DNA of 64,000 bases from positions 12,983 to 76,982 of the forward strand of contig JBJKSJ010000251.1 in assembly GCA_046704085.1 (NCBI GenBank). The letters are read 5' to 3'. Shown here piece after piece: positions 55,241 through 64,000 of this stretch. The DNA is from Ktedonobacterales bacterium. Lineage in GTDB: Bacteria; Chloroflexota; Ktedonobacteria; Ktedonobacterales; DATBGS01. The notes under the pieces were generated by a model, which saw only the letters and a program-made list of their open reading frames with translations, ran no database searches and was not told where the DNA came from. The number at the start of each line of letters is the position of its first letter. Position 1 is the first letter of the stretch. Position numbers and translations under genes: made by a program.

Positions 55241-58000
55241 TCAAGCGCCAGTAGATAAGCCCGAAACGATGTGCTGTCCCTGGGAGTTTTCTCCCCTGGC
55301 AGACACAGCAATAATGGGGAGTGAAAACGCGATGGTTGTCCCTTGCTCGCCGCTTTCGGCCCAGATGGAACCACCATGCGCTTCGATCACCGCTTTACAG
55401 ATGGCTAAGCCTAGCCCGATGCCACCAGAGCGCTGCTGGATGCCCCGCTTTGCCCTGTAAAAGCGCTCAAAGATATACGGAAGCTCAATGGGGTCGATGC
55501 CGGGTCCATCAGTCCAGCAGGAGACAATGACCCGCCCATCCTCTTGCCTGGCATCGATGCGCACTTCACCCGCTCCATAGGCGCGCGCATTCGCCAGCAA
55601 GTTACGCAGCACGACCTCGATGCGCGGCCCATCCACATCCAGCAGCGGAAGCTGTTCCGGCAAGGTAACGGACAGGGAGGGAATGGCATTGTCAAGCTGG
55701 CGCAGCGTTTGGTCCACCAGTTCCCCAAGCTGCCTGGGACGCTGATGCAGGGTGAGAATACCTGCCTCCAGCCGCGATAAATCCAGCACGTCGCTGACCA
55801 ACTGCGCCAGGCGATCTGCCTGGGCGCTGATGATCTGAAGCATGTGGTGTTGATCTTCTGCCGACCAGGCAACATCCTCCTGAAGCAGCGTGGAGGCATT
55901 CCCTTTGATAACCGACAGCGGCGTGCGTAACTCGTGCCCAACCGTTGCCAGCAGTGTTGTCTTAAGCTGGTCAATCTCGCGCTCGCGAGTCACATTGCGC
56001 AAGAGTAGGCCGCGCCCATTGACCAGGCCCGACTCATCGTGGACATCAAAGACTTGAAGCCGAATAGACCGTTTTTGCGCGCTTGCGGCGGTGCCTGCCC
56101 TTTCGCCCAACTCGATCACCCAGGTTGGTGTATCGCCCTGAGCGATACGCGCCAGCATGGCATCGTATTCGTCTGGCCTTGCGCTGGCCCTGCGCAACTC
56201 CGCGTGAATCAAGTTGATCGGGCAGCCCTCCAGCAGATCAATCAATGGGCCGATCATCGCCTGCGCGCCAGGGTTGGCATAAAGCACGGTGCCTTTCACG
56301 CTCGCCAGGATCAGCCCGTCGCTCATGCTGCTCATAATGGCGGCCAGCGTTTGTTTCTCTTTCATGGCTCGTAAATAGAGACGCTTGTTTTCCCTGGCGG
56401 TTTCGCGGAGACGCTCATCAGTGCGCTCGTACAGGACCGCATGTTCCCAGGCCAGCATGGCATAGTTGGCAAACGTCAATAGGAGATCAACTTCATGCGT
56501 GCTGAAGGTCTGGGGCTGTTTGCGGTGGACGACCAGCACAACGCTGCCCACATGGCGGCTGATAATCGGGATGGAGAGCAGCGAGCGGAAGCCTTCGGCA
56601 TAGGAGATGGCTGGAAAGAACTTGCCTTCTTCTGCCAGTATCTGCACGGGATGCCCGCTGCGCAAGGCCAGCATGGATGGTGATTCCTGGTCATCAGGCG
56701 AGAGACGAAAATGCTGCTGGAATGTCTCGCTGCGTCCTTCGCTGGCAAGCACCTGTAACCCCTCCTGCTCGTCCTCAACATAGACGGTGACGGCCTGCAC
56801 ATCGACGAGCCGTTGAACCTGATCAATAATCGTTGCCGCCACCGCCTGTGGGTCAAGCGAGGCGACGACGGCGCTCGACGTTTCAAGGAGCGTGCGCAGT
56901 TCGGCCAACTGTGTGCTGACATCGTGTTCCAACCGTTGCAGCGAGCGTGTCAGTTCGCCAACGGCATCCATCCGGCGCGCCAGCAAAGAAAGGGTCGGCA
57001 GCGTTGGCACACGTGGGGGCGGGAACGCGCGATAGCGCGTTGCCAGGGTCTGCAACGGCTGAATCACTCGCCGGGCGAGAATGAGCCAGAAGCAGCAGCC
57101 TCCAAGCGCAAAGAGGACTGCTGCAATCGCCAGCCAGGTACGAAAATGATAGACGACGGCCAGTGCCTCAGTGGCAGGTTGCTGAACCACGACCGCCCAG
57201 CCAGTGCCCGGCACCGGCGTCGCGCTGAAGAGCCACTCCTGCCCATCTGGCCCGATCCCTAGTGTGGTGGCTGAATGCCCAGCCAGAGCCTCGCTGGCTC
57301 CTGGCAACTCGTTCGCTACGGGCTGAAGGAGCCGTTCACGCTCAGAGGTGCCGATCAGTTGGCCTTTTTGATCGAGGAGACTGATGAGCAGATGGCGCTG
57401 CTGACGCTCCTGGGCATTGATGACGGTACTCAGCGGAACGCTGAGGGCATTGAGCGAGAGGTTCGTTGCGACGATCCCCTCTAATTTCCCATCGGGGGCA
57501 TGCACCGCCTGGGCCACTGCAACCACCGCGTCAAAGGTGGTGAGATCAACGACCCCTTCGTTCACAATCGGCACGCTTGCTTGCATAGCCACCTGATACA
57601 CCGACAGCGGATCATGGGAAAAATCGACTCCTATAGTCAGTGGGTCTGCGGGAACTGAGACACGCAGCACCCCGCCAGCATCTAACCAGTAGATACGATC
57701 AATGTCGCTGCGCGCGACTTTAAATGCGCCGAAGGTGCGCTGCATCGCCGCCAGATCGCCCTGGCGAACCTCCGGCTGCTGGCTGAGATCGACCACCGAC
57801 TTTTTCGCGCTGCCAAGCTTGATGCTGGTCTCGATTGCCATCTCTTGAGCCAGAGCCAGGTCCGATGCCTGCACCTGGGATTGCAATTCCTGCTCGACGA
57901 CGGTATTGACCATGAAGCCTGTGCCCAGCACGATCAGCACGAAGAGCATATAGCCGCTGAGCAATTGCACCAGCAGGGATTGATGTCGGATACGTTGCAT
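55241..58000 (-). CDS. Multidomain sensor histidine kinase (TM, Cache-like ectodomain, TM, HAMP, GAF, PAS, HisKA, HATPase_c)
   Basis: Two TM segments flank a roughly 270-aa ectodomain. H-box TVGHELRTPLSVI, N-box LRNLLANA, G-boxes DGPGI and GGIGLGLAI. Confidence 0.9.
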   Translation of the reverse strand: MQRIRHQSLLVQLLSGYMLFVLIVLGTGFMVNTVVEQELQSQVQASDLALAQEMAIETSIKLGSAKKSVVDLSQQPEVRQGDLAAMQRTFGAFKVARSDIDRIYWLDAGGVLRVSVPADPLTIGVDFSHDPLSVYQVAMQASVPIVNEGVVDLTTFDAVVAVAQAVHAPDGKLEGIVATNLSLNALSVPLSTVINAQERQQRHLLISLLDQKGQLIGTSERERLLQPVANELPGASEALAGHSATTLGIGPDGQEWLFSATPVPGTGWAVVVQQPATEALAVVYHFRTWLAIAAVLFALGGCCFWLILARRVIQPLQTLATRYRAFPPPRVPTLPTLSLLARRMDAVGELTRSLQRLEHDVSTQLAELRTLLETSSAVVASLDPQAVAATIIDQVQRLVDVQAVTVYVEDEQEGLQVLASEGRSETFQQHFRLSPDDQESPSMLALRSGHPVQILAEEGKFFPAISYAEGFRSLLSIPIISRHVGSVVLVVHRKQPQTFSTHEVDLLLTFANYAMLAWEHAVLYERTDERLRETARENKRLYLRAMKEKQTLAAIMSSMSDGLILASVKGTVLYANPGAQAMIGPLIDLLEGCPINLIHAELRRASARPDEYDAMLARIAQGDTPTWVIELGERAGTAASAQKRSIRLQVFDVHDESGLVNGRGLLLRNVTREREIDQLKTTLLATVGHELRTPLSVIKGNASTLLQEDVAWSAEDQHHMLQIISAQADRLAQLVSDVLDLSRLEAGILTLHQRPRQLGELVDQTLRQLDNAIPSLSVTLPEQLPLLDVDGPRIEVVLRNLLANARAYGAGEVRIDARQEDGRVIVSCWTDGPGIDPIELPYIFERFYRAKRGIQQRSGGIGLGLAICKAVIEAHGGSIWAESGEQGTTIAFSLPIIAVSARGENSQGQHIVSGLSTGA

Positions 58001-58108
58001 AGCGTCGCTCCCAGACGAGACCTGCTTATCTATAAGGGAACTACGAAACCCGCAGCATTTTCCTCATTATGCTCCCCTTGTCTACTGGTGCAAAATCGGT
58101 TGGAGAAT

Positions 58109-58939
58109 TTACTCGCCAGCCACTGCTGGTTCGTCTGACTTGTACTCACCTGACTCTCCCAGGTATGCCGCGCGCACCTGGGGATTGTTCAACAGGGCGC
58201 TTGCCGAGCCACTCAAAACGATGCGCCCGTTCTCAATGACATAGCCACGATCCGCTCGTTCCAGCGCAATCTGAACATCCTGCTCCACCAGCAAAATACT
58301 CAGCCGTTCCTGCTGGTGAATGGTATCCAGGGTTGCCAGGATGTCATCAACGATGTTGGGCGCCAGCCCCAGCGAGAGTTCGTCAATCAGCAACAACTCC
58401 GGGCGAGTCATCAGCCCGCGCCCAATAGCGCACATTTGCTGCTCGCCGCCGGAAAGCGACCCGGCTTGCTGATTGTGGCGCTCGCGCAGTTTAGGCAGGA
58501 AGGTGAAGACACGCTCAAGATCGTCGGCGATGGCCCGCGCCGACCCGGCCCGGCGTGTATACGCGCCGAGTCGCAGGTTATCTTCAACCGTGAGTCCGGC
58601 AAAAAGACGCCGCCCCTGAGGGATGTGCGCTATCCCAAGCCTGACCACCTGCTCCGCGCTGGCATGGGTAAGCTCGCGTCCGGCAAAGGTGAGGCTGCCG
58701 CTCCAGGCAGGGAGCAGACGCGAGATCGCTGTCAACAGGGTCGTTTTGCCAGCGCCGTTGGCCCCGATCAGGGCAATCAGTTCACCAGACAAAATTTCCA
58801 GCGACACATCCCAGAGAACCTGGCTATCGCCATAGCCGGTCGCCAGGTTCTGGACACTGAGGACTGGCAAGGTTGAGCGAGCAAGCGACGCGGCTATGGG
58901 GCTTTCCTGGGACTTGGATTTCCTGGTGGAGTCATTCAT
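58109..58939 (-). CDS. livF: Branched-chain-type (HAAT family) ABC transporter ATP-binding protein, LivF-like
   Basis: GANGAGKTTLL, LSGGEQQMCAIGRGL, LLLIDELSLGLAP, VEQ. Start placed at MNDSTRK and overlaps the upstream gene by 8 nt. Confidence 0.85.
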   Translation of the reverse strand: MNDSTRKSKSQESPIAASLARSTLPVLSVQNLATGYGDSQVLWDVSLEILSGELIALIGANGAGKTTLLTAISRLLPAWSGSLTFAGRELTHASAEQVVRLGIAHIPQGRRLFAGLTVEDNLRLGAYTRRAGSARAIADDLERVFTFLPKLRERHNQQAGSLSGGEQQMCAIGRGLMTRPELLLIDELSLGLAPNIVDDILATLDTIHQQERLSILLVEQDVQIALERADRGYVIENGRIVLSGSASALLNNPQVRAAYLGESGEYKSDEPAVAGE

Positions 58940-59762
58940 CGTGCTGACGCTCCATTTCCATTTCTGCCCTCTGCGCACGCTGCGCCTGGCGCTGGCGCAG
59001 GTAGCGCTCGCCCAGATACGCCTCAATCACTTTCTGGTCGGATAATACCTGCTCAGGCAGATCCTCTGCAATTTTACTCCCGTGATGCATCACCAGAATC
59101 CGGTCAGAAACACTCGTGATGGCCTGCATTACGTGTTCAATGACCAGGATAGTTACCCCCGTCTGGTTGATCTCTCGAATCAGCGCAACCGCCTGCGCAA
59201 CCTCGGTAGGGGTCAGCCCTGCCATGACCTCATCCAGCAACAACAGGGTGGGATTGGTCGCCAGGGCGCGGGCGAGTTCTAGCCGTTTGCGGTCGGCGGT
59301 GGTGAGCTGGTTCCCTTTGAGATTCGCTTTTTCGGCCAGGCCCACACGCGCCAGCACTTCATCGGCCACGCGCAGTGCCTCGCGGCGGCCCAGATGCCGC
59401 CGACCAAACAGCGCGCCGACCATGACATTTTCCCGAATATTGAGGCCAGTAAAGGGCTGGGTAATCTGAAACGTGCGCGCAATGCCCAGGTGTGAACGGC
59501 GATTGGCGGGTAGGCCGTTGATCTCCTTGCCCTGGTAGATAACCTTGCCCGCCGTTGGCCTGATCGCCCCGGCAATCAACCCGACCAGCGTTGACTTGCC
59601 AGCGCCGTTCGGGCCGATGATGCCCAATACCTCACCCTGGCGCACCGAGACGCTGAGGTTATCCACGGCAGGGAGACCACCAAAACGTTTGCTGAGGCCT
59701 GCCAATTGAAGCAAAGATGGACCAGCGGCTGGCTCTGAGCGCAAAGGGGGTTCAGATGCCAT
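58932..59762 (-). CDS. livG: HAAT family ABC transporter ATP-binding protein, LivG-like
   Basis: LSKRFGGLPAVDNLS, GPNGAGKSTL, IARTFQ, LLLDEVMAGL, IEHVM, C-terminal VIEAYLGE. Confidence 0.85.
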   Translation of the reverse strand: MASEPPLRSEPAAGPSLLQLAGLSKRFGGLPAVDNLSVSVRQGEVLGIIGPNGAGKSTLVGLIAGAIRPTAGKVIYQGKEINGLPANRRSHLGIARTFQITQPFTGLNIRENVMVGALFGRRHLGRREALRVADEVLARVGLAEKANLKGNQLTTADRKRLELARALATNPTLLLLDEVMAGLTPTEVAQAVALIREINQTGVTILVIEHVMQAITSVSDRILVMHHGSKIAEDLPEQVLSDQKVIEAYLGERYLRQRQAQRAQRAEMEMERQHDE

Positions 59763-60813
59763 TGTCGGCGATGAACCGTCGGACACGTCGCACTCCTTCG
59801 ATAAAGCGATTGCTGCGTGCCGCTCCTGGCGTGGGTTTCTGGAAAAATTCCTGCACCAGCGGCAAGAGACCCTGCGGCAGCAAGATGGTGACCACGATGA
59901 TCGCAGCACCTAGCAAGGTATTATGAAAGGTAAACCCACTCACATCCAGTTGATAGGATCCATATTCAAAGATGATGGCGCCCACCAGCGGGCCAACGAT
60001 GGTTCCAGCGCCACCCAGGATAGTGAGCAACACCATCTCAACTGTGATGCCCACGTCGAAGACCGTCGGAGGGTCGAAACCAATCAGCCAATAGGCATAC
60101 AGCCCGCCAGCAAGGGCGGTGGGAATCGCGCTCAGCACAAAGGCGCTGATCTTGTACCAGTACGTAGCGATGCCTAGCGCCTCTGCCGCCTGCTGGTTTT
60201 CGCGGATGGCTGCCAGCGCGTAGCCAAATCTACTGCGGGTGAGCATGACGCTGATGAGCAGGCAGAGCAGTGAGAGTCCCAAAAAACCGTAGAAGAAATA
60301 GGTGTAGGCGGCCAGACCGGGCGGAAACAAGGAAACCTCGCCGCCGCTGCCGCCGACGTTGCGAACGGCGACCAGTTCGCGCAGCGCCTCAGCAATGCCC
60401 AAAGTGGCGATAGCAAAATAGTGGCCGCGCAGCCGCAGGACCGGCAACCCCAGCAGAAAGGCAAAGAGGCCAGCCACCAGCCCGCCCAGCGCCAGCCCGA
60501 CCCAGAACGGCCAGTTCGCCTCCAGGCAAACGCCGACAGTATATGCGCCAATGCCAAAGAACGCAACATTCCCAAAGGCAGCATAGCCAGTAAAGCCGCC
60601 GATAAAGTTCCAGCTTTGCGCCAGCACACAAAACATCAAGATCAAGGTCCAGGTATGGACATCGGACGCATCACCAACCAACGGCGTTGTCCCGATTGCC
60701 CCCAGAATGAGCAGCCCCGCTAGCAGCGACCACAGCCAGCCGCGACCCTCTTTTGCCGAAGGTGAGGAAGCGGTAGTCGTTGAGGAAGCTTTTGGACCTG
60801 CCTGTGTTGCCAT
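59752..60813 (-). CDS. livM: HAAT family ABC transporter permease, LivM-like
   Basis: Polytopic. GQLSLG-equivalent region GYAAFGNVAFFGIGAY, and REN..AAEALGI. GAGGAGG RBS before the ATG at 60813. Confidence 0.85.
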   Translation of the reverse strand: MATQAGPKASSTTTASSPSAKEGRGWLWSLLAGLLILGAIGTTPLVGDASDVHTWTLILMFCVLAQSWNFIGGFTGYAAFGNVAFFGIGAYTVGVCLEANWPFWVGLALGGLVAGLFAFLLGLPVLRLRGHYFAIATLGIAEALRELVAVRNVGGSGGEVSLFPPGLAAYTYFFYGFLGLSLLCLLISVMLTRSRFGYALAAIRENQQAAEALGIATYWYKISAFVLSAIPTALAGGLYAYWLIGFDPPTVFDVGITVEMVLLTILGGAGTIVGPLVGAIIFEYGSYQLDVSGFTFHNTLLGAAIIVVTILLPQGLLPLVQEFFQKPTPGAARSNRFIEGVRRVRRFIADNGI

Positions 60814-60824
60814 GCGATTCCTCC

Positions 60825-61697
60825 TCACGAGTAGAATGCCTTGCCCAGCAAGCCTCTTGGCCGCAGGACGAGAACGGCGACCAGCAGGAAGAAGGCGATG
60901 ACATTATCGTACCCAGGGCCGATCCAGGAGATCAGAGGCGCTACCGTTTCGGCCAGGCCGAACACGAGTCCGCCGGCAATAACAGCCCAGGGTGTCCCCA
61001 CGCCGCCGAGTACCACCACCACAAAAGCCGAAAGGGTGAAGCTCCCGCCCTGGGTTGGGTCGAAGGACTTGAGTTCAGCCAGCATTCCGCCAGCCGCCCC
61101 GGCCAGCGCCGCGCCGATGGCAAAAGTCAGCGCGTAGGTGCGCCGAATGCTGATACCCATCAGACGCGCAGCATCCCGGTCCATGCCAGTTGCCAGAATA
61201 GCATTGCCTGTGCGGGTGCGATCAAGAAACAGGCTCAGCGCCGCCGTCAGGACGATGGCGATGCCCGCCGCGATCAATTGATCGAAGGCAATGTGTGTTG
61301 AGCCAAAGGTCAGACCCGCCCCCGCGTAGGAGACGTTGACGGAGCGCTCGTCGCTGCTAAAAAATTGTTGCAGCAGATCGGCGATCAGCAGGTCTAGCCC
61401 AAAAGTGAGCATAAACGTCACCAGCATGGGCGCGCGGATGACGCGGTTAATAGCGACATATTGCACAATCCAGCCAATGACAAACAGCACCAGCATCGAA
61501 ATCGGCAGGCTGAGAAACGGGTCAAGATGGAGGTTAGTAAAGAGCCAGAACGTGGCATACGCACCAATAATGATAAATGCGCCGTGCGCGAGATTGACAA
61601 TATTCATAATGCCCCAGACTAGCGAAAAGCCCAGAGCGACCGCAGCATAGAAGCTGCCGACCAGGAGCCAGTTGACAACTGCCTGCCCCAAGGCCAT
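60825..61697 (-). CDS. livH: HAAT family ABC transporter permease, LivH-like
   Basis: LGFSLVWGIMNIVNLAHGAF, TGNAILATGMDRDAARLMGI, GGVGTPWA. Confidence 0.85.
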   Translation of the reverse strand: MALGQAVVNWLLVGSFYAAVALGFSLVWGIMNIVNLAHGAFIIIGAYATFWLFTNLHLDPFLSLPISMLVLFVIGWIVQYVAINRVIRAPMLVTFMLTFGLDLLIADLLQQFFSSDERSVNVSYAGAGLTFGSTHIAFDQLIAAGIAIVLTAALSLFLDRTRTGNAILATGMDRDAARLMGISIRRTYALTFAIGAALAGAAGGMLAELKSFDPTQGGSFTLSAFVVVVLGGVGTPWAVIAGGLVFGLAETVAPLISWIGPGYDNVIAFFLLVAVLVLRPRGLLGKAFYS

Positions 61698-61814
61698 ACA
61701 TGCTCTCCCTTCGTTACCACTGAGGATAGTCAGATGCCCATCACAAGACCGCAGGAAGCTAGCTCTGGCTCGTAAATCCCCACTGAGCCAGAGCTAGCCT
61801 CAGTCAGACAAAGG

Positions 61815-63134
61815 CTAACGGCTGCCAAAAGGCGGCGTCGGGTAAATCAGCGGCGCGTTGGCAATGTTGGCCGGGTAGACGGTAACGAGCTTCCCATTCT
61901 GAATCTGGATGGTCGCCATCGGCTTGTAGGTGTTGGCCCCTGTGGAGTCGAATCGAATCTCCCCATAGAAAGTCGTGATGTCCAAGTTTGCCAGGGCAGC
62001 GCGCACCTTGCTAGGGTCAATCGATCCTGCCTGCTGAATTGCGTACTGGAGCGCCAGACCGGCTGCCGTCGCATCAGCCGACTGGTAAGCAGGCTCGTGG
62101 TTGAACTCCTGGACGTACATCTGCTCGTAGTTCGCGGGCGTGCTGAACACGTCAATGCCCTGATATTTCGCCTGGGCCGTCCATTGCGCGCTGCCCAGTA
62201 CATCATTGGCATCACCGCCAAGCGCGGTCGCAAAATCAGGGGTTGCTGGGCCAACGGTGAAGGCGTAAAGCTTGGCGTTGATGCCTAGCTGCTTGGCCTG
62301 CTTCATCGTCACCAGCGCTTCGTTCTCATGGCCGGACCCCAGAATCATATCCGGCACCGTGCCACCAGGCCCTGAGGTCTTGAGGGCTGTCAGCACGCCT
62401 GTCAGATCGGTGGTGTTGGCGGGATATTGCTGGTAATAGACCACCGGCAGGTTGTGGCTGGTGGCGTAGGCTTTTGCGGCTTCAGCAACCTCAACGGAGA
62501 ACGAATCATTGGCGGAGATGATCGCCACGTTCATTGGTGGCGTCGGCAGGGCTAACGCCGCTTCGAGCATGATGCTCGCGTAATCTTCAGCGGGGCTAAG
62601 GACGCCAAAGATATAGTGGAAACCCTTAGAGAAGATCGACTTCGCCGCACCATTGCCTTCAACCATCGGGATTTGGTACTGCTCCGCAATGGCTTCATCT
62701 TGCAAGGTGGATGCTGTGCCATATGGACCCAGCAGGAAGTTCACCTTGTCTGTTGTGATAAGCCGCTGCGTAAGCTGCGAACTCTTGGTTGGGTTGCTCT
62801 GGTCGTCATAATACTTCAATTGCACCTGATAGCTTGTGTTCCCAACCTTGATGCCGCCGTGCGCGTTCACTTCCTTAACCCAAATCTGGTATCCTTCCAG
62901 GGTCAGCTTGCCTTCGGTGGATGTTGAGCCAGTGAGTGAGACGGGCGCGCCAAAAAGCAGCGTGCCGTTCCCGCCGCCGCTGGTGCTGCCGCAGGCGCTC
63001 AGCGCCCCCGAAATCAGCAGCACCAGCACGGCCAGGACTGGTGTGATGGCACGTCCTCGCATAGAGGCAAGCCAGGTAGGGGATGGATGGGTGGGAGAAG
63101 ATGACGAAGTTGGTGCGCCAGGATAGGTTGTCAT
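61815..63134 (-). CDS. ABC transporter substrate-binding lipoprotein, Leu/Ile/Val-binding-protein family, copy 2
   Basis: Lipobox ISGALSACGS. LLFGAPVSLTGSTSTEGKLTLEGYQIWVKEVNAHGG, LLGPYGT, YGEIRFDSTGAN. Strong RBS AAAGGAGGG before the ATG at 63134. Confidence 0.85.
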   Translation of the reverse strand: MTTYPGAPTSSSSPTHPSPTWLASMRGRAITPVLAVLVLLISGALSACGSTSGGGNGTLLFGAPVSLTGSTSTEGKLTLEGYQIWVKEVNAHGGIKVGNTSYQVQLKYYDDQSNPTKSSQLTQRLITTDKVNFLLGPYGTASTLQDEAIAEQYQIPMVEGNGAAKSIFSKGFHYIFGVLSPAEDYASIMLEAALALPTPPMNVAIISANDSFSVEVAEAAKAYATSHNLPVVYYQQYPANTTDLTGVLTALKTSGPGGTVPDMILGSGHENEALVTMKQAKQLGINAKLYAFTVGPATPDFATALGGDANDVLGSAQWTAQAKYQGIDVFSTPANYEQMYVQEFNHEPAYQSADATAAGLALQYAIQQAGSIDPSKVRAALANLDITTFYGEIRFDSTGANTYKPMATIQIQNGKLVTVYPANIANAPLIYPTPPFGSR

Positions 63135-63520
63135 GTGCCCTCCTTTTACTCATGGGTACACGCCTAAAGAACCATGATGAAGGATCGGTCTGGTTCACGA
63201 AGGAATTGCGCTGCGCAGCCAGGTTTGCCCAGGGGTACGAGCAGAAATTACAGAATTGAAGCTTCGAGAGCCAGATATGCAAACCGCTTCTGCCCAGCAA
63301 CGTACCAGCCTCCGCGGGCTGGAATGGCATCCTGCAACGAGGCATCGTAGCATCTTCCGCGCTCCCTCTGGAACCTCACAATCCCAGTGTACCTGGCAAC
63401 GCATAAACATGACGTAATAAAATCGGCAGAACTATAAAAAATTTGTAAAAACCCAGGGTTGCCCACCTGAGTTGACGAAGGACTGAAACCAGATGCTCTG
63501 CTGCTCTTCGCGCCAGGAGG

Positions 63521-64000
63521 CTCTATTATGACCTGGCCGTGCCACACGAGTGGGCGCTGGCTATGCGGGATGAGGCAGGTTTCTTCCAGGCAGTACGGGC
63601 CGCCTTTGTCAAAGCCACGCCGGTTTCGGGCAAGACGCAGGAAGACATGGACACCGCGATTCACCAGTTGGTCTCCAAGGCGATAGCCGCTGAGGGCGTG
63701 GTGGAGCTCTTTGCGGCGATGGGCCTCAAGACGTCCGACATCTCGATTCTCTCCGATACGTTTTTGGCCGAGGTGCGCGACCTGCCCCATCGCAACCTGG
63801 CGCTGGAACTCTTGGAGAAGCTGCTCAACGACGAGATCAGGACACGCTCGCGCAAGAACGTGGTGGAGTCCCGCTCCTTCCGGGAGCGGCTGGAGCAGGC
63901 GCTCATCGCCTACCAGAATTGCTCCATCCAGACGGCCCAGATCATTGCCCAACTCATTGACCTGGCGAAAGAGATGCGCGCCGCCCGCCAGCGGGGCAAG
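63521..64000 (+). pseudogene. Type I restriction enzyme HsdR C-terminal region only (copy B), runs off the window
   Basis: LYYDLAVPHEWALAMRDEAGFFQAVRAAFVK...[60 protein letters not shown] matches the HsdR C-terminal (DUF3387-type) region. The frame has a TGA at 63473 and no room upstream for the roughly 700-aa helicase/nuclease part, because the binding-protein gene occupies 61815-63134. Confidence 0.7.

Noticed and set aside
1-64000. tRNA, rRNA, CRISPR arrays, intact IS elements or integrases
   Set aside because: Scanning by eye, I found no T-loop-like GGTTCGA/ATCC contexts with acceptor-stem pairing, no regularly spaced direct repeats, and no DDE, tyrosine- or serine-recombinase motifs. 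Absence cannot be proven without tRNAscan, Infernal or ISfinder-type searches.

Overview
GC-rich bacterial chromosomal window, about 55 genes, with no rRNA, tRNA, CRISPR array or intact transposase or integrase that I could recognise. Gene content (a LAL-type LuxR/STAND regulator, a Pro/Thr-linker Ser/Thr kinase, ABC-2 pairs, F420/LLM oxidoreductases) suggests a large-genome Chloroflexota (Ktedonobacteria-like) or actinomycete-like organism; this is inference only.

Layout:
- 0-4 kb: housekeeping genes (aminotransferase, gatB, glutamate dehydrogenase).
- 4-21 kb: mixed accessory genes (CocE-type hydrolase plus TetR, ABC-2 exporter, Ser/Thr kinase convergently overlapping a GT-C glycosyltransferase, coxG, tartrate/IPM dehydrogenase, AKR, M20 peptidase, decayed MFS locus).
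- 21-29.3 kb: IclR-controlled aromatic ring-cleavage cluster (amidohydrolase, CoA-transferase, citryl-CoA-lyase-like, LigB, LigA, MetE-like).
- 29.3-43.6 kb: accessory, partly decayed region (LLM oxidoreductase, NTF2, GNAT, two-subunit Mo-hydroxylase, beta-lactamase-family esterase, DinB, APH).
- 43.7-50.5 kb: LAL-LuxR regulator, second ABC-2 pair and a PQQ-like beta-propeller lipoprotein.
- 50.5-52.6 kb: mosaic of gene fragments.
- 52.7-63.1 kb: one minus-strand block (Liv-type ABC transporter with two binding proteins, a histidine kinase/response regulator pair and a PcaC-like decarboxylase), bracketed by two directly repeated hsdR 3' relics.

Main points of interest:
1. A duplicated promoter-operator module that ties the divergent amidohydrolase to the LigAB/CoA-transferase operon.
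2. That operon lacks the canonical LigC/I/J/K lower pathway and instead carries a CoA-transferase, a citrate-synthase-fold lyase and a MetE-like protein.
3. Many reading-frame breaks, almost all at G/C homopolymer runs, mixed with genuine nonsense codons and gene fusions.
4. The hsdR-relic direct repeats around the transporter/two-component block.

All functional calls come from motif-level reading of the translated ORFs; no database search was run.
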